Origin: Chiloscyllium plagiosum
Taxonomy: Eukaryota
Reading direction: 5' to 3'
Assembly: GCF_004010195.1 (NCBI RefSeq)
Contig: NC_057711.1
Location: forward strand, 73,102,018 to 73,165,971
DNA length: 63,954 bases
Notes under the pieces: model-generated
What the model was told of the DNA's origin: nothing
The model's database searches: none
The model's input: the letters and a program-made list of their open reading frames with translations, nothing else
Part shown: positions 23,805-37,460 of the stretch, in pieces
Layout of the letters: every line of letters begins with the position of its first letter
Position numbering within the stretch: the stretch's first letter is position 1
Position numbers and translations under genes: made by a program

Positions 23805-26027
23805 GTACCGGGGGAAGGGTTTGCAGTTGAAAGGGTTTTCCCCTCTCTCTCCCCCCCGCCTCAGGACTGAAATCATGATCAGAGTCTTGCTGCATGGAGA
23901 GCCAGCCCGAGTACAATGGACTCTCAGTGTCCTGTCCCTCCCCAGCACTGCAGGGGGCAGGGGGGGGGGGGTCTGACTGACTGACTGGTGTAACCGGCCT
24001 CTGTGCTGGGGCGGGGGTGGGAGAGTGCAGCACTCTCCGTACCCTCCCTCCAATACCAAACCCCACTTTTAAAATTCACGTCCTTATTCCAAGACCCTTT
24101 TTGCAGCCAGTCGCTTCCCCCTCACCTCCCCCCAACCCCCGCCCAGCGATTGTTGGAGAAACTCAGCAGCATCTTGTGGAGGAAAGAAAAACCGTTCAAG
24201 GTTTCGACTCCAGCGACCCCTCTTTCTAAACCCTTTGGTATTCTTTTCCCCCTCTTTCTGTGGAGTCTCCACCACCAGGGTTTATGCTATCTTCCCACTC
24301 TGTCTATCCTCTTGTGCATCTCCCTCCAATTTATCTCTCCCCAGCCTTCAATAATATTTAAAAGCTGAATATGCTGCAGGTTGGTATGCAAAACTCGCAT
24401 TTCAGGTCAGCCTCTTTTTGCTGTTGGCAAAATGTAGCCCCACCTGTAGTTGACTGTAGTAACAGTTGCAACAATAGGGCTTTCAATCTCTCAGCAACAA
24501 TTTCTGCATGGGCCAGGTCTCAAAAGACTAACAATGGAAGGTCGCAAACCTGAAATGTTAACTGTTTGATTCCACACATGCTGCCAGACCTGAGTAGGTC
24601 GAGTGTTTTCTGTTTTTAGATTTGCACTTGCTTTTGTATGGCTGATCTATAAAATTTACATTAGTGAATGATTGCACCTGATTTCCTTCACAAACTTCAA
24701 GTTGATCAACTTCAAGTTAGAATTGTCATGGTAACTGAATTTTCAACTGTCCTGACAGCATGCTTATCTTTAGAGGAAAAAGACCCCACTCTTCTCTGTT
24801 TACCTTGAGTAATGCCAATGCACAACAATGAGTTAATGCAAGTTTATTTACCCCTTTTGCAAACCTGTCTGTACCCTTCCAGCTTTGTTTATTATAATTT
24901 AAATGTATAGACCAAGCACCCTTGCAGGCATCTCTCAAATAGTTTCCTTTCTCTCTGGTTAAAATGTTAAAGTGAAACATTCAAGTATATTTAAACTATT
25001 TAAAGCATTTTAAGACTCACCTGGACTTGTGTCTCTTACTTTCTTTAAGATGCTCCTTTAAAAAATATTTATTAGGAAAGTTGTCCAGCTGCTTGATCAG
25101 GTATATATCTATATGGTCTCTCTTTTTTCCCCCTTTAAGACTATTTCAGTCATGCAGTCTGGGATGTTTTGCTATCTAAGATATTCAGGTGGATGCAAAA
25201 TACCTTATGATACTCATTAGACTCTGCAGGAAGTAACCTACCCAACATGAACACTTAGCTATCAAACAGTGTAGCTGGACAGTTTGTTTTGTTGTACAAG
25301 ACATCTTTCTTGAAACTTAGCTACTGTGGATTTGTTATAACATCATTCAGGGGCTATTTAGGGTTGTGCCTAGAACAATCCAAGTAATTGGAATTATTTG
25401 ATCTGAATTCACCTTTTTGAGGAGGAGGGGGGAATTCTGTTGGTGCAAAGATTAACATCTTGAGTTTTTGGGCCTATAGGTGGACTTTCTAAATTCCATT
25501 GTGTGTAAGCTGTGGTTAATCTCTCATAATATTCTGTCTCTTCTTATGGATTTGTACTTTTTAAAAATAAATTTTACCTGAATAAAATCCAAATTTGCAT
25601 GTTAGTTTTCTTAATTTTGAAAATGCTTGAGTGGACACTTCTAGAATATTCCATCAGCAACTAGTGCTGATGCAATGTAAGAATTTAACTATAGTACCAT
25701 ACAACCACCTATCCTTTATTACCACCCATGCTGTATATCAGTACATTTCTATCAGTAGCTTCTCCAAGATTGTCTCCCTGGCTCCTGCTATTTTTCAGTG
25801 ACATCTTGTAAAAACCTGCCAGGATCCATATGTACACAGACACCTGGTTTGTCACTCTTTCTCTCAAGCTGTTCACCACCTTTTGATTTGTCATTGTGCC
25901 TGTCTGACATAAAATGAGATGAATTGTTTTCCATTGTGTCAGAAAGCCCAAAGCCATCGCTTGAGGCCAAGTCCAACTGTTTGACACTGTGTGATGTGAT
26001 GTTTGACGCAGTTTCCACCTCCATGTC

Positions 26028-26308
26028 ATAGAATCCCTACACTGTGGGAGCAGGCCATTCAGCCCATCGAGTACACTCTGGCCCTCCAAAGAGCATCCCA
26101 TCTGGACCCACCCCTTACTCTTTTCCTGTAACCCTGCATATTCATGGCCAATCCACCTAACCTGTGCATCTTTGGACTGTGGGAAGTATCCCATGCAGAT
26201 TTGTGGAAAATGTGCGAACACCACAAACACGGTCCCACAAGGGTGGAATTTAACCTGGGTCCCTGACGCTGTGAGGCACCACTATGCTAATCACTTAGCC
26301 ACTGTGCA
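26028..26308 (-). mobile_element. HE1/V-SINE (diverged)
   Basis: tRNA-like head, V-domain and CR1-like tail, reverse-complemented. Confidence 0.8.
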
Positions 26309-26744
26309 GTCCCATCTCCTCCTTCACCAGGAGTACTGTACTGATTTTCACTCTGAAATTAATGAACTTGGTCCCTCCCTCAGCTTCTTTGTTGCTGACA
26401 TCTTATTGACAAGAGAGTTACTGTCTGAACTTGACTATTCCAATACTTCCTGTCTGGCTTTCAGTGGCATTATTGCAGTCTGGGGTGGGAGAATGGAATG
26501 TCTTCAGTCTGCCCAGTATTTGATGGAAATTTGTGCTCGTCCTGTACTTTTTCATAGCAGTTTGACTATTATAGACAATGTGGAAGTCAACATAGATGAT
26601 GAGGTAAAGCTCGATGGTGTCAGGGTATACCTAAAACTCATCAGCTTCAAGCCAACTGTTGAAGTTCCACTTCCCCTTCAATCCATGTACATTGACCTAG
26701 TTTGTTGCAAAGTGTGACAACAACTTTTAAAATCCTCAAACAAA

Positions 26745-27225
26745 ATTAGGAATTGCTGGGAAGGCTCAACCTGTCTGGCAGTGTCTGTGGAGAGAAATTA
26801 GAGTTAACATTTTGGGTCGTCATAGAATCCTCACAGTGTGGAAACAGACCATTTGGCCCATCAAGTCTACACTGACCCTCCAAAGTGCATCCCATCCTGT
26901 CCCTGCAACCTGACACCTCCCAAAGCTAATTCACCTAACCTGCACATCTTTTGACTGGGAGAAAACTGGACCACCTGGAAGGAACCCACGCAGACACAGG
27001 GAGAATGTGCAAACTCCACGCAGAGGTTGGAATTGAACCCAGGTCCCTGGCATTGAGAGGCAGCAGGGCTAACCACTGAGCCACCGAGCGGCCCCAAATG
27101 GCATTTGAGGAAGGGTCATTCGATCTGAAACATTGACTCTGAATTCTCTCTACAGATGCTGCCAGACCTACTGAGCTTTTCCAACAATTTCTGTTTTCAT
27201 TTATAATTTACAGCATCTGCAGTTC
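26745..27225. mobile_element. Fold-back PLE-derived element interrupted by an HE1 SINE (26821-27093, minus)
   Basis: Arms attgctgggaaggctca..ctggcagtgtctgtggagaga / tctctctacagatgctgccaga..tgagcttttccaacaat. Degenerate core tgaggaagggtcattcgatctgaaac near 27105-27131. Confidence 0.65.
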
Positions 27226-27994
27226 TTTTGATTTTGTTTACAATTCACATCTTTTCAAGTCCTTTGGTCTTGTCCCAACTTATCTCTGCAATTTGTTACA
27301 GCCCAAAAACTGTAACAAGATTTTTATTAAGATTACTGAGCTCCTCGATGTGGCACATCTCTAAGTTTATTTAGCTGTTTTTGGCTGTACCTTTAGTTGC
27401 TTAGGCTGTAAGCTCGAACCTCTTCCCTAAACCTCTCCATCTATTTACTTCCCTCTTTTGTTTATGATGCCTCTGACCAAATTCTTGGTCACTGGTCCCA
27501 ATATTTCTTTATGCAACTGGTCAAATTTTGATTTTGATTCCTCATGATGTCTGTACAAAGCAAATTCAGTTCATGGCTGCGGTCATGGGCAAAGGTATCA
27601 AGTTCCAAGCCCAGGTGTTTGAAAGACTGAGATCTTCACTTAAAGTCTATAAAAATAGAATTTCAGGTTGTAAATAAAATTTAGGAGGTTAATGCAATCT
27701 CTTTTTATTGTTGGACAAAATTATTTCAATTGCTGAAGGGAAAAAATCTCAAGTACATGGGGGCATGCAATACATTACAAAATAAGAGCAAGGAGGTCCA
27801 TTGGCAAAATGCATTATGAACAGGGGTGAAAGAATAAATTTGAAACATTAGTTGGAGAGGTGGCAGCCATTTTAGTAGCCACAGTAAAGTGTGAATAGCA
27901 AATTATCGCTTGCATGTTATTTTCCAAAGCAATAATTTTAATTAGGCTGAACATAATGTTCATGCTTAGTAACTGTATTGTACTTCATTTGCAG

Positions 27995-28677
27995 AACCAG
28001 CAAGCTGCTATACCCAACTTCCCAACTACACCCTTTAATGCACAAAATGATGTGCCAGCTCACCCATCTTCATTTGATTTGAGCAGCCGCTACCGAACCA
28101 CAACATCTGACAATTCAAGTGAAGAGAGTGATCTTGATTCTGATGATGAGGAAAGACTCTTGTGGCGAAGGAAGCGTCAAAAATGTTCAAACAGTGCAAA
28201 CAATCTACCTTTAAAACCTCCAGGCATGCCTTTTGGTCCAGTTGGTGATGGTTTTATGGGGACTGGAAATCCTGCAAAAGTACAAGATCGCAAAGTTAAC
28301 AATATTTGGGGCTCAGTGTTACAGGAGCAGAATCAAGATGCTGTGGCAACAGAGCTGGGAATTTTGGGAATGGAGGGCTGCATTGACATGAACTCTCGAC
28401 AGTCTGAGACTTACAATTATGCAATGGCAAAGAAGATGATGGCAAAACAGCGTCGGGAAGAGGACGAGGAAATGAATAAGTTAGAAGCAGAATTAGATGA
28501 GTATATACAGGATGGAAGGAAAATCAAAAACCAGGAAGAGTGTAATCAAAGCAATCTCAAGCGAAAAAGGCCAGTTAAGGAGAGGCTAGGGGAAAGGCTT
28601 GAAATGAACTACAAGGGAAAATGTGATATTAAAGAAGATGATAGTCCAAATAAGATTTCGGATGAAATAGCCTACAG
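27995..28677 (+). CDS. PHAX: PHAX exon 2 (acidic Ser/Thr cluster, basic NLS-like WRRKRQK, NES-like VATELGILGM)
   Basis: tttgcag acceptor; open 683-bp frame containing KVNNIWGSVLQEQNQDAVATELGILGM..SRQSETYNY; AG|gttggt donor, phase 2. Confidence 0.96.
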
Positions 28678-29024
28678 GTTGGTATGTTCTGTTTATCTAG
28701 AATATGACAACTGATAGGTTTTCTGCAGAGGTAATATTAAGGTGCTATCTGCAGTTTAAATTTCTACCTTGGGTGAGTCTCAGCAAATTTGCCACATGTT
28801 CTGTGTGCCCCTGAGTCTTTGTGGCATACCCATCTGTGGAATAGTCATCGAACATTACCTCTCTTCTTTTTTTTGTTCTTTGACACAAGTCAAAATTATT
28901 GTTCAAAGAAAGGGGAAGTAAAAAATACCTTTGTCTCCAAACTTCAAGTGAAGTACGCTGTTCAAGTAGAATTTTTGTTTTTATTTCTTAGGATATGAAT
29001 GTCCTTGGTAAGGCCTGAATGTTA

Positions 29025-29347
29025 CAGAATCCCTACTGTGTGGAAATAGGCCATTCGGCCCAACAAGTCCACATCAGTTCTCCAAGGGGTAACCCACCAG
29101 ACCCATTCCCCTACCACTCTACATTTTCCCCTAATTAATGCACCTGAGCACTTTGGGCAATTTAACTTGGCCAATTCACCTAACCTACATATCTTTGGAT
29201 TTTGGGAGGAAACCGGAGCACCCAGAGGAAACCCACACAGACATGGGGAGAATGTGCAAACTCTACACGTAGTCGCCGGAGGCTGGAGTCGAGCTCTGGT
29301 CCCTGGTGCTGAGAGGCAGCAGTGCTATCCACTGAGCCACCTTGCCA
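29025..29347 (-). mobile_element. HE1/V-SINE
   Basis: V-domain gggaggaaaccggagcacccagaggaaacccac. Confidence 0.85.
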
Positions 29348-29849
29348 CCAGATGATGATCATCTCTAAGAGTCAGTCAGATTGCTGTCTGGAGTCATGTG
29401 CAGGTCAGATAGGCAAAGCCGGCAGATTTCCTCTCCCAAGAACATTAATGTACAAGATGGGTTTTTCAAGGAGCCATTGTAATACGGTGAGATGACATCA
29501 GCACAAATGAAGTGATTTTGGCACAGCATCTACAGAAACTATAATGCAACATGGGAGGAACTTAATACAATTAAAGCTATAATCAGATCTTTAGAGAATA
29601 CCTTGAGGATCCTGTCTCAACTCCTCCATTTTGAACACAGTTGCATTATTGTTACAAGTATTGCACAAGAGCTTTGGTTCTAGGCGACTACATTACTTGA
29701 CCTCCTTTCTGATATTTTAAAATTTGTTTCAAGTTGTCAATGAGATACTTAGCCTTTGGCTTGTCAGTAGTCATAGTAATTTTAGCTAGTGTTTAAAGCT
29801 GAATTATAGGTACAGAACATTTTTTATTAACTGGCACTTTATTAACCTG

Positions 29850-30232
29850 GAGGTTGAGGGAATGACCTTATCGAAGTTTATAAAATCATAAGGGGACATC
29901 ATAGGTTGAATAGCCAAGGTCTTTTCCCCAGTGCAGCAGAGCCCAAAACTAGAAGCCTTAGTTTAAGGGGAATTTTTTAAAAGTACCTAAAAAGCAACCT
30001 TTTCGTGCAGAGGGTGGTAAATGTATGGAGTGAGCTGTCAGAGGAAGTGGTGGGGGCTGGTATAATTGCCCATTCAGATGCCTTTTAAATATTGTATGTG
30101 AATTGGAAGGGTTTGAGGGATCTGGGCCAAATGCTGACAAATGGGACTAGATTAATTTAGGATATCTTGTTGGCATGGACAAGTTAGACTGAAGGGTCTG
30201 TTTCCATGCTGTACATCTCCATGACTCTGACT
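29850..30232 (+). mobile_element. CR1 3' fragment
   Basis: Same 3' region and gactctga tail as the other CR1 copies. Confidence 0.75.
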
Positions 30233-32064
30233 ATGGGACCAGGAGTGTGCCAGTTGACTAAATATTATGGCTGATAAAGAGGTCCACATTATTAATGTAA
30301 AAACATACAGTAACAGAAATGTAATGCAGTGGCTATACAGATCACTGTTATACTTAATTTACAGCATTTATCACTTCAAGTTGCATTATTATTTCCCTTA
30401 AATAAAACTTACCAGAAGAGAGCCTTCTCACTCATATCCTCAACTGATTACTCTGATGTCGTGATAATACAGTGAACCTCTGGTATTTGAGGTATATCAT
30501 TTTTGCCCGTTTATCAAGAGTGTCATTCATAAGGTAGCAGTTAAAACAAAGTTTGTTATATTTCTAATCAACCGAGACAGGTGTTATGACACACCTCTCG
30601 AGCAGGTGACTTGAGCGCAGGCTCCTTGCCCAGAGATAGGACACTACAACTGTATCACACAAGCGCTGATGCACTGTTTAGTCTGATAGTGTTGCTAGGA
30701 GATACTCATTTGCAGCAATGTCTCAATTTATACATGTAAACCAACAATTCAGCAACTGAAAATCAGATTCAATGAGGAAGATTTTACATGTTGACTATTA
30801 CTAAGGCATGACTTGAAGATAGGACCAAGAACAAGATATGCCAGGTTAGAATTTCTATAGGAAAGCTGGGGAAAATGGCACGGGAACCACCTTGATGAAG
30901 ATTGAAATCATTTCAGTGGTAAGAGAGGATAGAACAAGAGAGAAGCAAGTTTATGGGTAGAATTATGAAATGGGAAAGGATTAAGACAGTAGTGAGTGTT
31001 GTGTAAATACCCTCCGATTACTAAACTGTATAAATGCAGAGATTAGGTAAGGATAGTAAAGGCAGTTGGGGTTTAATGGAAGATTTCAAAATTTATATGC
31101 ATTCTCTCAACTTCAGTGTTAAGTTATCAGAATATATATCAAACATCTCGTACTGGTTGAACAGAATCAGACTGTTCTCAACCTTAAAGTCATTTTTGAC
31201 ACCAAGTTGTTCTTCCAGCTACATTTGTATTATAAGCAAGACTACCTACCTCCAACTCCATAACAGTTTCTGACTTTATGCCCATTTCACTTAACTGTTG
31301 CTGAAACCCTGTTCATATTTGTTACCTTTGAAACTTGACTTCCATTGCATTCCTGACTATTCTCTCACATTCTACCCTCTGCAGGCATCAGTTCATCCAT
31401 GTCTGATTTGTGCTACGTTCCTTTTATCACTGTTGTGCATGTTGACATACAGTGACTCCCATCAGGCAACGTCTAGCATGTCACCAAGATAGTGAACTAC
31501 TTATGTGTCTCAAGCTATGTACCCTAGAACCAATAAAATTCCTGCCATGTTAGATTTAATAATGAGCCTGATTTAGTTTGGTGTCTGTTGGTGAATGAAC
31601 ATTTATCTGTTATCGATCTTAATCTGATTATATTCAGCATAGTATTTGCAAAGAAGAAACAAAATTTGTGAAGCTGACTTCAATGCAGTGAGAATAGAGA
31701 TTGGTCATAGTAAACTGAACAACTGTTAATGGATAAAACAACAGAAAAGTAGAGGGAAATAATTAATAAAAATATGAATAAGATTCAGAACATGTTTACA
31801 CCTCTAAGGGTAAGAACCATATTTCCCAAAAAACACACCGGTAACTAAAGAGGTGAGATAAAGCTAAAATAATGCAGAAAATAGATTGTGTCGTGGCAAA
31901 TGAGAAAGAAAAACAGCAATAGAGGTTAACAGAACAAAAGCCCCTCAAAATCTTGAGTATGAAGAGGCATGTAAAGGCCATAATAATCAATACAACTTTT
32001 TTTCATGACATTAGATGTTACCAGTGAAAATAAGGCAGTTGCAGACCTGCTGAAAATAATATCA

Positions 32065-32385
32065 GGCGTCACGGTGGCACAGTGGTTAGCACTGCTGCCT
32101 CACAGTGCCAGAGACCCGGGTTCAATTCCCGCCTCAGGCGACTGATTGTGTGGAGTTTGCACATTCTCCCCGTGTCTGCATGGGTTTCCTCTGGGTGCTC
32201 CGGTTTCCTCCCACAGTCCAACAATGTGCAGGTGAGGTGAATTGGCCATGCTAAATTGCCCGTAGTGTTAGGTGCAGGGGTAAATGTAGGGGAATGGGTC
32301 TGGGTGGGTTACGCTTTGGCGGGTCGGTGTGGACTTGTTGGGCCGAAGGGCCTGTTTCCACACTGTAAGTAATCTGATCTAATCA
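32065..32385 (+). mobile_element. HE1/V-SINE, full length
   Basis: A-box tggcacagtgg, B-box ggttcaattcc, V-domain, (taatc)n tail. Confidence 0.92.
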
Positions 32386-32473
32386 AATATGGCATTTCTA
32401 TTTAAGATAGAAGAAGTTGACAAGATGACAGACTCTCCAAGGAAACCAGCATTGAATCAGAAACAGATCCATA

Positions 32474-32793
32474 TTAGATTAGATTAGATTAGATTACAGT
32501 GTGGAAACAGGCCCTTCGGCCCAACAAGTCCACACCGACCCGCCGAAGCGAAACCCACCCATACCCCTACATTTACCCCTTATCTAACACTACGGGCAAT
32601 TTAGTACGGCCAATTCACCTGACCCTGCACATCTTTTGGATTGTGGGAGGAAACCGGAGCACCCGGAGGAAACCCACGCAGACACGGGGAGAACGTGCAA
32701 ACTCCACACAGTCAGTCGCCTGAGGCGGGAATTGAACCCGGGTCTCTGGCGCTGTGAGGCAACAGTGCTAACCACTGTGCCACCGTGCCGCCC
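32474..32793 (-). mobile_element. HE1/V-SINE, full length, tail-to-tail with the previous copy
   Basis: (ttaga)4 tail; near-exact reverse complement of 32065-32385. Confidence 0.92.
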
Positions 32794-33109
32794 ATAACAT
32801 AAGCAAAATAATTTATTAAAGATTGACAAATCTGTTGAACCTCATATGGTTTGTATCTCGGAGGTCTTAAAGGAAATAGGTTGCAGGCACCAGAGCTATG
32901 ATCTTCGAGAGTTGGTTCTTGAGGCTAATAGGACCGGAGGGTGAAAGCTAGAACAGTATGCTGAGTTGGATGATCATGAGCCATAATCACATTGAATGGT
33001 GGAGCAGACGCACATGGCTGAATGGTCCTCGCCTCCTATTTTGTACATTTCTTGATTTTGGAACTGTTTTAGTTTGAAAAATTAATCATTCTCCTACTTA
33101 AAGATAAAT

Positions 33110-33570
33110 TGATTTGTTGTTATGTTGTTGAGATACAGTGAGAAGTGTTGTTTTCCATGCTATATAGACCGACAGAACCACACAAAGTGCATTAGGGTAA
33201 CAGAACAGAGTGCAGAACACAGTGTTATAGCCACAGAGAAGGTGCAGAGAGTGAGTTCAGAATTAACATTGGTAAAGTCCATTCCAAAAGTCTGATAACA
33301 AGATGGAAGTAGTTCTTGAATCGATTTGTATATTTATTCAAACTTTTACATCTTCTGCCTGCTGGAAGAGAGTATAACCAGAATGGGAAGGGTCTTTGAT
33401 TATGTTGGCAGCTTTCCTGAAGCAGCAGGCAGATGGACTCTGTGGATGGAAGACTGGTTTATATGATGTTGTTCACAACTCTTTCTCTCTTGCTGCCTTG
33501 GAAAGAGCAGTTGCCAATCCATGCTGTGATATATCCAGATAGGATGCTTTCTGTGGTCCATCTATAAAAA
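33110..33570 (-). mobile_element. Rex/Babar-like LINE 3' end (decayed)
   Basis: Similar layout to the 58417-58945 insertion. Confidence 0.5.
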
Positions 33571-34244
33571 TTGTTGTGTTAAAGGAGTGGTTCTGATCCA
33601 CAAAGGTTTGGTGACTTTGGATAGCCATCTATGTCACCTGGTTTGTATCCTGTTTTCAATTTCAAATTGTTTTGAAGTTCAAAATGGATCCTACCTGTGC
33701 TGAACATGACAGAACAAAGGTGGATTTGGAAATCGATCATGCCTGACAAGTGTAGTTGAATTTTTCTCCACCTCTTCCTCCTCCTCTCTTCTCTCGTCTT
33801 CCCACACCCTCTTCACTAATAAGGAACAATCACTAGGTGGATTTAACTCCACTGAAAGCGTACATATATGAAATTTAAAACTGCATCCAAAGGCTGACGT
33901 GTTTTTAAGACACCCACCTTTTGAATTCGGAGATACAGCACATATTGATTACGAGATTAGCATATAATACCTAGGACTGGAAAGTTTGACATCTTAGTGG
34001 TGGCAGGTTGTCCTCATTTTTCTGAGTGGAGAGAAAAGTGGCTTGCTCAATATTTAAGCCCATCTAATGACACTTATTTTGACCCTGGAGTTCATTTTTC
34101 CATGGAAAATTATTTTAAAATATGCCCCAAGAATGCCTTGGCCTTTTTAAATCAAAATGATCGAGAATGTTGAAGCAGTGTGCACCTGTTATGAAAAATG
34201 TGTTGCAGAAAATGTAACAGAAATTTCAAATTTCTATTATTCAG

Positions 34245-34365
34245 GCTCCGAGAACCAAAAACCGATCTGATTCACAGGGTTGTTAAAACTATTGGAAGGA
34301 AGAAAGCAATAGAACTTCTGATTCAAACAGCGGAAGTGGAACAGAATGGTGGACTCATGATTGTT
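34245..34365 (+). CDS. PHAX: PHAX exon 3 (RNA-binding domain)
   Basis: ttcag acceptor, (R)LREPKTDLIHRVVKTIGRKKAIELLIQTAEVEQNGGLMIV, gtaagt donor. Phase-compatible with exon 2. Confidence 0.96.
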
Positions 34366-34612
34366 GTAAGTAATGCCTGTCTTTTTAAAAATTGTGCGTG
34401 ACTCCATGACTTTGTCTGTGGAGTAACTAAACAGTGCCATTCAGGAGAAAATCAGTTTCAGTATCCATTCTTTGCTTAGTTAACTAATCTTAGCTGAGCT
34501 AGTCATGGAGTGTGACAGCTGGTTGCTGCATCCCTTGGTGAGGAAGAGGGAGGGTGACCAGTAATTCTTCTGAGTGCTGTTGGATTTGGATGGGGAGAGG
34601 AATGGGATCAGT

Positions 34613-34776
34613 TTAGATTAGATTCCCAACAGTGTGGAAACAGGCCCTTCGGTCCAACCAGTCCACACCGACCTCTGAAGAGTAACCTACTCAGACCAGT
34701 TTCCCTCTGAGTTATGCACCTAACACTATGGGCAATTTAGCATGGCCAATTCACCTGACCTGCACATCTTTGGACT
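34613..34776 (-). mobile_element. HE1 SINE 3' half
   Basis: (ttaga) tail plus gggcaatttagcatggccaattcacc. Confidence 0.8.
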
Positions 34777-34879
34777 GGATAGGGATGGAGTGGTAGGCAT
34801 CTTTGGTTGTGTTGCAGTGGTCCAGATTGTTCGGTCCTCTGGTGAAGTGTTCGTTGAAAATAGTAAGATGGTGAATAAA

Positions 34880-35700
34880 CTGTGTTTATTTCAATCCTGT
34901 GTACCGGTTGTGTCAGTAGGCAAATTGTAGGAGATAGAGGCAGGCTGGAAGACTGGATTTAATGTGGGCCATGACCAGCCTCTTGAAGCATTTCCTGATT
35001 TTGCAGTAGTCATGAAAGGGCATCACATATGTACTCTTAGGTACAGATATGGTGGCGGTCATCTTGAAGCAAGTGGGGACTTTTGCTTGTAGGAGGGAGA
35101 GGTTGAAGACGTCGGTAATTACCTCGTCCAGCTGGTCTGCACAGGATGTGAATACTAGTCCGGGGACACCACCTGGGCCCATCACTTTCCTTGGGTTGAC
35201 TCCCAGAAAGACTGATCTGACATCTCCAGTGGCTGTTGGGGCAGGTGGCACTGTGCCACTGGCATTCTGCTCAAATTGAGCATAGAAAGCATTGCCCGCA
35301 TCAGGGAGGGAGATGTCTTTGTCTGCTATCTTGCTCTGTTTCGGCTTGTATTCCGTAATCTTGTTTGGGCCTTGCCACAGACAGCAGGAGCCTGTTTGAT
35401 AGGTTTGGGGCTCTAACTTAGTCCGAATGACATTGTGTAAGTCATATCCGGAGCTCCTGTATCAGTCTGGGTCATCCAACTTGAGTTGGATGGTCTTCCT
35501 GGTTGAAGAACACCTAGACTGTGTAACAAAGAAGTCAATCTTCCACACATTTCCTAATTAAGTCCATGATGGCAGTGGCATACTCGTGGAGGTATTCTGC
35601 TGAGAACCTGTACACGGTCCAGTCCGCTGACTCCAATCAGTCCCAGAGATGCTTATCCACAAGTTTGTGATGCTTTCTGCAATCAAATAACAATTTGGCA
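34880..35700 (-). mobile_element. Rex/Babar-like LINE RT fragment
   Basis: VNPRKVMGPGGVPG..CADQLDEVITDVFNLSLLQAKVPTCFK..LQFAY. Confidence 0.7.
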
Positions 35701-36409
35701 ATATCGTTGAATTTCTCAAAGTGATGGTGTAAGATACTGAATAAAATTCGTTGCACAAGGGACCATGCTCCAGCAAGGACTCAACATGGTCATTGTTTTG
35801 AGTTCTGTCTTAATGCTTGAATGTTAATAAAGGACATACTCAAACATTATTGATCACAAATCCAAAACCCCTCTCATGGTTGTGAAATTCCAGGTTAATT
35901 TAGATGAATGTTAGCCACTCATGAACTAAAATAGGTTGAGACACTCCCTTAGTATAACATGAAATAAAGATAATCTTAAAGACACTTTTTGCAAGTTGAC
36001 CTCCTAAGGTATTTGGCACAGGAAATTGGAAAGTATAGGATGCTGGGTTATGTTTCTACAGTTGTAATTATTGACAGTTGATTCAGGGTGTTGCCTTTTA
36101 AAAGTTGTAACAGAAGAAATGGATTTGCAAAAAAAAAATCCGTGTAGTGTTTAAGTTGTAAGGTTTTACATTATTGCATTATCATACAAGTAGATATGGG
36201 AGCTGAGGCAACTCCTTTAATACTAATGGCCTTGTTGTCTATTGGAGCGATTGGATATTTTTTGGATTCAGTGATATCAATCTTCCAACTTGCTGAAGAA
36301 TCTTGTTTTCCCAATACAAGGCTGATCCCAGGAAAGATATACTGGAACTGGAGGCAGTCCAGAGATAGTCCCTCCATGCCTGGTATCAGCCTACTTTCCA
36401 AGAGGAGAT

Positions 36410-37460
36410 TTGGTAGATTAGACCTGTACTCATTAGAATTTAGAAGAATGAGTGGCAAATGTATTGAAACAAATAAGATTAGTAGAGGACTTGGATAGGG
36501 TAGCTGCAGAAAGGTTGTTTCCTCTTGTGGGAAATCTAGGACCAAGAGTCGTCATCTTAGAATAGTTTGAAATTGGAGTCACAGGTGGACAGATTGGTGA
36601 AAGTGGTGTTTGATACACATGCCCTCATTGGTTAGAATATTGAGTATAGGAGTTGGGTCGACATGTTGTGTCTGTACAGGACTTTGGTGAGACCACTTAT
36701 AGAATACTGCGTAAAATTATTGTCCTTCTATAAGAAGGATATTGTTAAATTAGAGAGTGTGCAGAAAAGATTTACAAGGATGTTGCTAGGACTGGAGGGT
36801 ATGAGCTATAGGGAGAGGCTGAATAAACTGGGGCTATTTTCCTTGGAGCATCAGAAACTTAGGTGACCTCATAAAATCATGAGGGGCATGGATAGGGTGA
36901 ATAGCCAAGGTCTTTTCTCCTAGGATGGAAGAGTCCAAAGCTAGAGGACATAAGTTTAAGGTGGGAGGGGAAAGATTTTATAAAGGATCTGAGGCGTAGC
37001 TTCAAACAGAGCACTGTGCATTCATCCAAAGGAAGTGGTGGAGATGGATACAATGACAACATTTAAAAGGCATCTGGATGGGTACATGAGTAGGAAGCGT
37101 TTAGAGGGATAGGGGTTGAATATTGGCAGTGGGACGAGGTTAGATTGGGATGTCTGGTCCGCAAGGACAATTTGAACCAAAGGGTCTGTTTTCACGTTGT
37201 CTGACTCTATCATACGTTTAACATAGATGAGGAATTTCTTGAGGGTGAGTGTCTCTGGAATTCTTTACTGCAGAGAGCTGCTGAGCCATTAAGAATATTC
37301 AAGGCCAAGGTAGAGAGATTTTTAATCAGTAAGGGAATCGAGGGTTTTGGGGGAAAAGACAGGAAAGTGGAATTGAGGATTCAGATCAGCCATGAGTTTG
37401 AATGGTGGAATAGGCTTGGGCTGATGAGCCTACCTCTGCCCTATGTCTTATGGTCAAAAT
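36410..37460 (+). mobile_element. Composite of nested CR1 3' fragments
   Basis: LYRTLVRPLIEYCV..QKRFTRML piece sits inside an older CR1 3' end; two separate tails. Confidence 0.75.

Noticed and set aside
23445-24368. Several overlapping Pro/Gly-rich ORFs
   Set aside because: By-product of the GC-rich PHAX CpG island; only 23727-23804 fits the PHAX splice model.
27914-27994. N-terminal extension of the 266-aa ORF (MLFSKAII...)
   Set aside because: Intronic read-through upstream of the acceptor at 27994; the C-terminal LVCSVYLEYDN is likewise intronic.
32065-32135. tRNA gene
   Set aside because: A/B boxes run straight into the V-domain and LINE-like tail, so this is a SINE head. The same holds for the other copies.
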